DNA of 53,501 nt from Thermoplasmatota archaeon (GTDB lineage Archaea > Thermoplasmatota > E2 > UBA202 > JdFR-43), in contig JAWAYL010000004.1 in assembly GCA_038818725.1 (NCBI GenBank), positions 1 through 53,501 on the forward strand, given 5' to 3'. Position numbers and translations under genes: made by a program. Below, piece after piece: positions 46,296 to 53,501 of this stretch. Position 1 is the stretch's first letter; every line of letters begins with the position of its first letter. The notes under the pieces are model-generated. The model was not told where the DNA came from and ran no database searches. It saw nothing but the letters and a program-made list of their open reading frames with translations.

Positions 46296-46396
46296 GTCTA
46301 AAATATATTTTTGATTATTAAGCTTTATCATTTTGCCTGACAACTGCTAACATTTATCAAAGAAAAGGATTATTAAACAATGCTACATTACATTTA

Positions 46397-47596
46397 ATGA
46401 GTTTTGAAAATATGTATTCAGCAAGGGTAAAAAGAATTCGCTCTTCTGAAATTAGGGAATTGCTTGAAATTTCTCAAAAACCAGGCGTTATATCTTTTGC
46501 AGGTGGTTTGCCAAATCCAAAAGCATTTCCAGTAAATGATATAAAGGAGATAGTAAATAAAATTCTTGAAGAGGAGCCCGTCAAAGCTTTGCAGTATGGC
46601 GCGACCGGCGGGCTGGCGGAATTCAGGGAGGAGCTAGTAAAATATGCAAAAAAGCATGGAATTGAAACAAAATTTGATGAAGTTTTCATTACAGTTGGCT
46701 CACAACAAGCATTGGATATAGTTGGGCGAGTTTTTATTGATGAAGGAGATATTATTTTTGTTGCATTGCCTACTTATTTGGGAGCGATAAATGCATTTCT
46801 TGCATATGGAGCAAAACTTGTTGGTGTGCCACTTGATGAAAATGGTATGAGGGTCGATTTGCTTGAGGAAAAGATAAAAGAGTTAAAAAAGAAAGGAGAA
46901 AAACTTAAAATGATTTATACAGTGCCTACTTTTCAGAATCCAGCAGGAGTTGAGCTTTCTGAGGAAAGAAGGAAAAGAATGGTTGAAATTGCAAATGAGC
47001 ATAACCTAATAATTGTTGAAGATGAGCCATATGAGAGGCTAAGATTTGAAGGAAAACCATTAAAAGCAATAAAATCATATGATAGCGAAGGAAGAGTAAT
47101 ATATATGGCAACATTTTCAAAAATACTTGCGCCTGGCCTCAGGCTTGCTTATGTGATTGCAAGTGAGGAGCTTACTAAAAAGATGATTGTTGCAAAGCAA
47201 TCGATGGATTTATGTGCTCCTGGATTTACTCAGGCAATTGCATACCATTATATAAAGAATGGCTATATTGAAAGGCATATACCAAAAATTATAGAAATGT
47301 ATAGGAGGAAAAGAGATATAATGCTAGATGCTTTAGAAGAATATTTCCCGCCAGGATGTAAATGGACTAAGCCGAGAGGAGGAATGTTTTTATGGGTTGA
47401 ATTGCCAAAGCATATAAGCACAATTGAAATGCTGCCAGATGCTATAAATGAGAAAGTTGCATATGTTCATGGAAAGGCTTTTCATGTTGATGGAAGTGGA
47501 GAGAATACAATGCGCCTTAATTTCACAAATCCAGAAGATGATATGGTTAGAGAAGGAATAAGAAGACTTGCAAATGTTATAAAGAAAAGAATTTAA
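46397..47596 (+). CDS. PLP-dependent aminotransferase, class I (2-aminoadipate/aromatic type)
   Basis: ISFAGGLP, LQYG.T.G, GSQQALD, PTFQNPAG, EDEPY, TFSKILAPGLR and GGMFLW. Confidence 0.92.
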   Translation: MSFENMYSARVKRIRSSEIRELLEISQKPGVISFAGGLPNPKAFPVNDIKEIVNKILEEEPVKALQYGATGGLAEFREELVKYAKKHGIETKFDEVFITVGSQQALDIVGRVFIDEGDIIFVALPTYLGAINAFLAYGAKLVGVPLDENGMRVDLLEEKIKELKKKGEKLKMIYTVPTFQNPAGVELSEERRKRMVEIANEHNLIIVEDEPYERLRFEGKPLKAIKSYDSEGRVIYMATFSKILAPGLRLAYVIASEELTKKMIVAKQSMDLCAPGFTQAIAYHYIKNGYIERHIPKIIEMYRRKRDIMLDALEEYFPPGCKWTKPRGGMFLWVELPKHISTIEMLPDAINEKVAYVHGKAFHVDGSGENTMRLNFTNPEDDMVREGIRRLANVIKKRI

Positions 47597-48031
47597 CTAT
47601 TCTTTTATTTGGCCATTCATTACAATATTTTTAACAACATTTTCTATTCTTTCAATAGCTTCTTTTATTTTGCCAATTTTTATAGAGGTATCGGGATCAA
47701 GCTCTTTTTCTTCCAGAAGAGAAATATATCCTTTTGCTATTGCAATTGGATTAAAGAAATAATGGGCAATTTCTTCCCTGAAAATTTTTTCCTTAGCCAA
47801 GCTTTCATCTATAAATCCGAAATAGAAAATTGTTTCTCCATTTTCAATTATTGGATATAACCTTATACTTTTGCTATTTTTTAAATATTTCAACTTTTTC
47901 CTCGCCAACCTATCTGCAAAAATTAATTCCTTCTCCTTACTCAAAATAAATACACCATGCCCACTATCTATGCTCGTTATATTTTGCTTTTTGTTTACTA
48001 TTTTATTATAGGAGAGCATTTCTTCAATCAT
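47597..48031 (-). CDS. Stand-alone PAS-fragment + HisKA (DHp)-like protein lacking an HATPase domain
   Basis: GHGVFILSKEKELIFAD (PAS-like start); EEIAHYFFNPIAIAKGYISLL...IERIENVVKNI (H-box helix pair); stop 12 residues later. Own TATATATA box about 24 nt upstream of ATG 48031. Confidence 0.72.
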   Translation of the reverse strand: MIEEMLSYNKIVNKKQNITSIDSGHGVFILSKEKELIFADRLARKKLKYLKNSKSIRLYPIIENGETIFYFGFIDESLAKEKIFREEIAHYFFNPIAIAKGYISLLEEKELDPDTSIKIGKIKEAIERIENVVKNIVMNGQIKE

Positions 48032-48072
48032 TAAACAATAAATGCGAAATCTATATATATTGCTAACTTTAA

Positions 48073-49212
48073 TCAAAATTGTTCCCACAGAGCAATTCTT
48101 TTTGCCTCCTCATATATTTCTTTCAATGGTATTTTCCTCTTTTCTGCAATCTTCCTGCAATCTTCATATTCTGGTGATATGCTCACTATTTTTCCATTAT
48201 AATATCCTATTTTAACATTAACTTCACCATATTTTGTTTCTATTTTCCTTATTTCTCTTTCAAGAATATCTCTCTTAACTTTATAATATCTTATGCCTAA
48301 AGTAGTTGTCTCTTCAAATATTATTTTTTTAATTTCCTCGATTTTATCATCTGTTGCTAAAACTTTAAGCAAACCTCCAATTCTTCCTTTTTTCATAATT
48401 GCTGGCAAAATAAATGCATCTTTTGCCCCACTTTTTATTATTTTTTCAATCAAATAGGGAAAAAACTCTGGATTCATATTATCTATATTTGTCTCTATCA
48501 TATAAATTCCTTCCTCATCAACTTCCTTTCCAATAACAATCCTTAAAAAATTTGGAATTGCAAGCTTCTTTGCTCCCATTCCATATCCAATTTTTTTTAC
48601 TTCAATTTCAGGGAAGGCAAATTCTGCTAAGCCAAGCAACGCGGCGCCAGTGGGTGTGGTTGTCTCTCCTTCAAGTGATGAAAAAATCACTGGTTTTCCT
48701 TTAAGCAGTTCAAGAGTTGCAGGAGCCGGCAAAGGAATGATGCCATGCTCACATTTAACTTTTCCCCTTCCAAGAATAGGAGGAGAAGAATAGAGCTTTT
48801 CTATTTTTAAATATTTTAATGCAATTAGAGTGCCAACTATATCAACAATTGTATCAACTGCTCCAAGCTCGTGGAAATGCACCTTTTCAATAGCTATTCC
48901 ATGAATTTTTGCCTCTACTTTTGCAATTTCTTTAAAAATTTTTTTTGCTTTCTCTTTTATATCTTTATCAATTTCGCTTTCATCTATTATTTTTGAAATA
49001 TCCTTCAAGTTTCTGAATTTTTTATCAGATGAATAAATTTTTAGAGAAGTTCCTTCAACAACATCTTTAACTTTTTTTGCTTCTATATTTACTTCTATTC
49101 CAAGCTTATCAACTTCTTCCCTTAATTTTTTTAAAGGAAAGCCTGCATCGATAAGAGAAGCAAGAAACATATCCCCGCTTATTCCAGATACTATATCAAT
49201 ATATGCAATCAT
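48073..49212 (-). CDS. larC: Nickel pincer cofactor biosynthesis protein LarC
   Basis: GISGDM, AEA..HG....VHFHE.GA.D.I.DIVG, P.PAPAT, TTPTGAA, ETNID, MKKGR.G, ETTTLGIR and PEYEDC. Confidence 0.94.
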   Translation of the reverse strand: MIAYIDIVSGISGDMFLASLIDAGFPLKKLREEVDKLGIEVNIEAKKVKDVVEGTSLKIYSSDKKFRNLKDISKIIDESEIDKDIKEKAKKIFKEIAKVEAKIHGIAIEKVHFHELGAVDTIVDIVGTLIALKYLKIEKLYSSPPILGRGKVKCEHGIIPLPAPATLELLKGKPVIFSSLEGETTTPTGAALLGLAEFAFPEIEVKKIGYGMGAKKLAIPNFLRIVIGKEVDEEGIYMIETNIDNMNPEFFPYLIEKIIKSGAKDAFILPAIMKKGRIGGLLKVLATDDKIEEIKKIIFEETTTLGIRYYKVKRDILEREIRKIETKYGEVNVKIGYYNGKIVSISPEYEDCRKIAEKRKIPLKEIYEEAKRIALWEQF

Positions 49213-49949
49213 TTTATCCTCCTTTCTATAAGATGGGCAGCAACTCCTGCCCCAAATCCATTATCAATATTAACAACAACTATTCCAGGAGAGCAGCTGT
49301 TTAGCATGCCCATTAATGAAGCAAGCCCACCCAATCCTGTTCCATATCCAATGCTTGTAGGAACCGCTATAACCAGCGAAGAAGTAAAATTTGATATTAT
49401 TGTTGGAAGTGCTCCATCCATTCCAGCAACAGCAATAACAACGCTTGCATTTTCAAGCTCCTCAGCAAAATTAATAAGCCTATGAATGCCAGCAACTCCC
49501 ACATCATATATCCTTTTTACCCTGCTTCCAAGCTCTTCAGCGGTTATGCTCGCTTCTTCCGCCACCCTTATATCTGCGGTGCCTGCGGTTGCAACTACTA
49601 TATAACTTTTTCTCCTCGATTTTTTCTTTTTGCCTATTACAATCATTCCACATTCTTTATAATATCTACAATTTTCTAAATGTTTTAGCATTTCATATAT
49701 TTCATCATTTGCCCTTGTTATGAAAATTTTCTCCCTTGAAAGCATTTCCTCAACAATTTTTTTTATCTGCTCCTTTGTTTTCCCTTCAGCATATATCGCT
49801 TCTGGAATTTCTCTTCTTATCCTGCGATGAAAATCAATTTTTGCAAAACCAAGCTCTTTAAATGGCAAAATTTTCAGCATTTTTTTTGCTTCCTCAATAC
49901 TTATTTTTCCTTCTTTTAGCTTTCGAAGCAACTCATCAACTTCCATCAT
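49209..49949 (-). CDS. larB: Nickel pincer cofactor biosynthesis protein LarB
   Basis: D.HR..R..IPE.IYAEGKT, AGTAD..VAEEA, DVGVAGIHRL, AGMDGALP, VPTSIGYG and NIDNGFGAG. Confidence 0.95.
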   Translation of the reverse strand: MMEVDELLRKLKEGKISIEEAKKMLKILPFKELGFAKIDFHRRIRREIPEAIYAEGKTKEQIKKIVEEMLSREKIFITRANDEIYEMLKHLENCRYYKECGMIVIGKKKKSRRKSYIVVATAGTADIRVAEEASITAEELGSRVKRIYDVGVAGIHRLINFAEELENASVVIAVAGMDGALPTIISNFTSSLVIAVPTSIGYGTGLGGLASLMGMLNSCSPGIVVVNIDNGFGAGVAAHLIERRIK

Positions 49950-50070
49950 GTCAATAAAATTGTAAAATTTAAATTTTTATGATATAGGCAATGTTTCTTC
50001 TGCTTTATATGCCTATAAAAAATTTAGTATCAAAGTGCAAAAATAATTTATATCATGCATTAATAACCAC

Positions 50071-51339
50071 ATGTTCAATCCAAAAATGGAAAAAATAAGC
50101 AGAAAGGAGCTTGAAGAAATTCAGCTTAAAAGGCTTAAAAGAATAGTTATGCATGCTTATAAAAATGTTCCATTTTATAGAAAAAAATTTGATGAAGCTG
50201 GAATAAGCCCAAGAATAAAAAGTTTGGAAGATATAGAAAAGCTTCCATTTACAACAAAAGATGATTTCAGAAAAAATGCTCCTTTTGGATTGCTTGCTTA
50301 TCCCTTAGAAAAATATATTGAACTGCATGCTTCTTCTGGAACAACTGGCGAACCAATAACTGTTTGCTATACAAAAAAAGATATTGAAGTGTGGGCTGAA
50401 GTGATGGCTCGCTGCTTGGCTATGGCTGGATTAACTAAAAATGATATATTTCAGATTCCAATCCCATATGGCACATTTACTGGAGCTTTTGGCTTCCATT
50501 ATGGGGGGCAGAAAATAGGAGCGCTTATTATTCCTACTGGCAAGGGAGAGAGCGAGAGACAGATAAGGCTTATGAAATATTATGGAACAACTTTCATAGC
50601 AGGAGTTGCTTCTTATGCTTTGCATCTTTCAGAAGTAGCGAAAAAAATCGGGATTGAGCCATCTGAACTTAAAGTAAGGAATGGAATCTTTGGAGCGGAA
50701 ATTTTCACAAAAGCAATGAAAGAAAGGATAAGCAGAGATTGGAATATGGATGTTCATGATATATATGGTTTAACTGAAATGTGCGGGCCAGGTGTTTCTG
50801 CTGATTGCGATGAGCATGATGGATTGCATTTATGGGAAGATCATTTCTTTCCAGAGATAATTGATCCAAAAACTGGAGAAAAGATTGAAAAAGAAGAAAA
50901 AGGCGAGCTTGTTTTAACAACTCTAACTAAGGAAGGATTGCCAGTTATAAGATATAGAACAAGAGATATAACCTTTTTTTATGATGGAATATGCAATTGT
51001 GGGCGAACCCATTTAAAGCATGCCTTTATAAAGGGAAGAAGCGATGATATGATAATAATAAAAGGAACAAATATATTTCCAAGCCAGATAGAAGAAATTA
51101 TAATGAAAGATGCTCGTCTTGGAAATAACTGGCAAATGATTATAGATGATAATTTAAAAGTAATAGTAGAAGGAGCTAAAGAATATAGCAATGAAGAAAA
51201 AAGAAAAATTGAAGAAGAAATAAAAAAGGAGATAAAAATAATTACTACGCTAAGCGTTGATGTAGAAGTTGTGCCTCCTTTTTCCCTTCAAAGAAGCGAG
51301 GGAAAAGCAAAAAGAGTTATTGATAGAAGAAAAATTTAA
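50071..51339 (+). CDS. paaK: Phenylacetate--CoA ligase family
   Basis: LPFTTKDD, HASSGTTG.P, YGLTE..GPG, EIIDP.TG, GELVLTTL.KEG.P.IRYRT.D, GRSDDM..IKG.N.FP and GKAKRVID.R. Confidence 0.92.
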   Translation: MFNPKMEKISRKELEEIQLKRLKRIVMHAYKNVPFYRKKFDEAGISPRIKSLEDIEKLPFTTKDDFRKNAPFGLLAYPLEKYIELHASSGTTGEPITVCYTKKDIEVWAEVMARCLAMAGLTKNDIFQIPIPYGTFTGAFGFHYGGQKIGALIIPTGKGESERQIRLMKYYGTTFIAGVASYALHLSEVAKKIGIEPSELKVRNGIFGAEIFTKAMKERISRDWNMDVHDIYGLTEMCGPGVSADCDEHDGLHLWEDHFFPEIIDPKTGEKIEKEEKGELVLTTLTKEGLPVIRYRTRDITFFYDGICNCGRTHLKHAFIKGRSDDMIIIKGTNIFPSQIEEIIMKDARLGNNWQMIIDDNLKVIVEGAKEYSNEEKRKIEEEIKKEIKIITTLSVDVEVVPPFSLQRSEGKAKRVIDRRKI

Positions 51340-51374
51340 ATAAAAAATTTAATTTATTTTTTTGGAGGCTGAAA

Positions 51375-53501
51375 ATGAATAGCAGGATATTGAAAAGGAT
51401 AGGGGGTTTGTGTATTGGGGTAGTGATAATAATTAGCTCTTTTACAGCAAGGATAGAAAACAAAGTCAATGCAACACAAAGCTTAGAAACATTGAATGAG
51501 AATATGGACGCCGGCGGATATAGCCAATATTTCAATGATACATGGAAGTTTAATATTTCAACGCTTCAATGGACAAAACTTTCCCCTGTAAAATCCCCAC
51601 CACCTCAATGTCATGCAACGCTATTGAATATCGGCAATAGCAAACTTATACTTACTGGTGGAATAAAGATGGTCGGGGATATAGGTGTTGGATCTTTAGA
51701 AGATAATATTTGGTATTATGATATATTCCAGAATACATGGCTATCTCCCACCGTAAATTCCCGAAGCTGGCGTAAATTTGGATACGACCAAGATATGTCT
51801 TTCTATTTCCCGTATCCTTCTTTGCCCAATAACCAACAGTTTGTTAAATATTGGAACTGTTCTGGAGGATTCCGCTTCCTCCTTACGGCGGATATAAACG
51901 CGGATGGAAAAGTTGAATTGGTAGGGGACACAATTGAAGGTAATGAAGGTAAACTGCGAGTTTATTCTTTTTCAGGTGTGATTCTAAAGGAAATCAATAT
52001 TAGTGGCGATATGTATCCGTGGGGAGATTTTGCGGGTGGGCTGGGTGTCCTTGCTGATATTTGTGGAGGTGTGAATGGCTCAGAACCCTCGGATGGGGTA
52101 CCGGAAATATTGGGTTGGAGTAAAACTAATGGCACGACAGGTAACATATATGTGTATAGTGGGGGGGCACCTGGAACACCACCTTTGGGTATATTGTTAA
52201 AAACATTCCAGAGATTTTGTGCTGGTGACGGGGGTTGGTGTCCTGTAGATGTGATAAATAAAACAACCGGATCGGTTCTTACTCTTCTCTTTGCAAATTA
52301 CTGGGGCAACCCTCGGGGACCAGTACTTTGGAATTATGAAACAAATACACAATTATGGTACTACAGTATTGGACCATGGTGTGGACGAGATACGATGATA
52401 ACAGGTGATTATGATAATGACGGAAAAATCGAAATTTTAATGGGCGGTTTCTCCACGCATAATGGGGGTTGGGGTAATGGTGTTGGAGGAAATACTACAA
52501 CTACAGACAGTAACACATATGCAATATTTATAAACGAATATGGCTGGGAGAAATGGACAAAGATTATAGGAGAAGGTGGAATATTTGTAAGGGCTAGTGA
52601 TTTGGACAATGATGGCTTAACAGAAATTATACTCATTGAAACACATGGTGGCGCATACCCCGGATCATGCAAAGTTCATATCGCAGATACATCGACTGGT
52701 AACATTCTAAATACATATTATGGGCCTTTTAATGGCGGAGGATGTCAAGGCTCCGCTGTTGCAAATGTAACTGGCGACGATAAAAAAGAAATAATAATTA
52801 ATTTTGAGGACGGGGTATTAAGAATCCTTGACTCAAATCTTAACTTAACAAATAGTATATCAGGAGTAAAAGGTACTGTGGTTATCAATGATATTAATGG
52901 TGACGGAAAAAATGAAATCATTGTTGCCAATAACATGGCACAAAAATTGCAAGTATTTACAGGAGAATTACTGGAATTATGGAATTATTCTTATCTGGGA
53001 AAAATGGAGGTAATTTTATCAGATTTGAACAACGACGGTTACAATGAAATTATTCTGTATGGCTCTAACGGAATCGAAGTGCTTGGTGTACATGTTGAAG
53101 AAAATCATGCACCTGTTGCAGTTAATGATAGCTACACTACTGATGAAGATGTGGTTTTGAATATTCCAGCTCCAGGAGTATTAGCAAATGATTATGATGC
53201 TGATGGAGATACTTTAACTGCAATTCTTGTAAGCAATCCATCTCATGGAAGCGTTATTTTTAATTCAGATGGCTCATTTACCTATATACCAGAAGCAAAT
53301 TATCATGGTGAAGATAGCTTTACATATAAAGCAAATGATGGAATAGCTTATAGCAATGTTGCAACAGTTTATATTACAATAAATAGCATAAATGATGCTC
53401 CTGTTGCAGTTGATGATTATGCAACTGTAAATGAAGATTCATCTGCAAATATGATAGATGTTTTATCAAATGATTATGATATAGATGGAGATACCTTAAC
53501 A
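51375..53501 (+). CDS. Large secreted surface/adhesin-like glycoprotein (kelch-like fragment + FG-GAP/VCBS propeller + tandem Ig/cadherin-like repeats), 3'-truncated by the window edge
   Basis: Hand translation: 709 open codons from ATG 51375 (GGAGG upstream). Signal peptide; Ca-binding loops DINADGKVE, DYDNDGKIE, DLDNDGLTE, DINGDGKNE and DLNNDGYNE; then NHAPVAVNDSY...DGSFTY.P..NYHG.DSFTY..ND. Absent from the ORF track because there is no stop in the window. Confidence 0.9.
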   Translation, partial: MNSRILKRIGGLCIGVVIIISSFTARIENKVNATQSLETLNENMDAGGYSQYFNDTWKFNISTLQWTKLSPVKSPPPQCHATLLNIGNSKLILTGGIKMVGDIGVGSLEDNIWYYDIFQNTWLSPTVNSRSWRKFGYDQDMSFYFPYPSLPNNQQFVKYWNCSGGFRFLLTADINADGKVELVGDTIEGNEGKLRVYSFSGVILKEINISGDMYPWGDFAGGLGVLADICGGVNGSEPSDGVPEILGWSKTNGTTGNIYVYSGGAPGTPPLGILLKTFQRFCAGDGGWCPVDVINKTTGSVLTLLFANYWGNPRGPVLWNYETNTQLWYYSIGPWCGRDTMITGDYDNDGKIEILMGGFSTHNGGWGNGVGGNTTTTDSNTYAIFINEYGWEKWTKIIGEGGIFVRASDLDNDGLTEIILIETHGGAYPGSCKVHIADTSTGNILNTYYGPFNGGGCQGSAVANVTGDDKKEIIINFEDGVLRILDSNLNLTNSISGVKGTVVINDINGDGKNEIIVANNMAQKLQVFTGELLELWNYSYLGKMEVILSDLNNDGYNEIILYGSNGIEVLGVHVEENHAPVAVNDSYTTDEDVVLNIPAPGVLANDYDADGDTLTAILVSNPSHGSVIFNSDGSFTYIPEANYHGEDSFTYKANDGIAYSNVATVYITINSINDAPVAVDDYATVNEDSSANMIDVLSNDYDIDGDTLT
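53109..53501 (+). repeat. Tandem 288-bp (96-aa) Ig/cadherin-like repeat units within the surface protein
   Basis: CCTGTTGCAGTT(A/G)ATGAT at 53112 and 53400, and AATGATTATGAT...GATGGAGATAC in both units. Confidence 0.85.

Overview
AT-rich (roughly 31-33% GC by eye), very gene-dense archaeal chromosomal segment, most likely from a Thermoplasmatota archaeon (inference from the alpha2-type EndA, MptA, pantoate kinase, TgtA-PUA, EF-1beta/zinc-finger pair and MCM features; not database-confirmed). It is mostly housekeeping: 2-oxoacid:ferredoxin oxidoreductase (delta tail, alpha, beta), Ogg, MetRS, RtcB/archease, Lhr, MCM-DUF424-NMD3-HAD-HD, PurA, tRNA-Pro(UGG), CoaBC/pantoate kinase, TgtA, class II ribonucleotide reductase, FeoAB, PurQ, EndA, EF-1beta, CDC48, GcvT, MptA, KptA, PheS, CBS proteins, MtaD-like deaminase, an aminotransferase, LarBC and PaaK, plus several secreted or surface proteins. 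No CRISPR array, rRNA, intein, prophage or intact transposon was seen. Items missing from the ORF track that I read directly: the porD tail, a 53-aa zinc-finger gene before EF-1beta, a 36-aa LIM-finger-like microprotein after tgtA, a degenerate IS6-like relic, and a large mosaic FG-GAP/Ig surface protein that runs off the right end. The best candidates for new biology are the LIM-like microprotein, a stand-alone PAS-fragment+HisKA protein with no ATPase domain, a membrane-anchored PLD-like/OB-fold protein coupled to the deaminase, and a DtxR-type box between feoAB and the iron-free ribonucleotide reductase locus. No complete novel multi-gene system can be proven from sequence alone.
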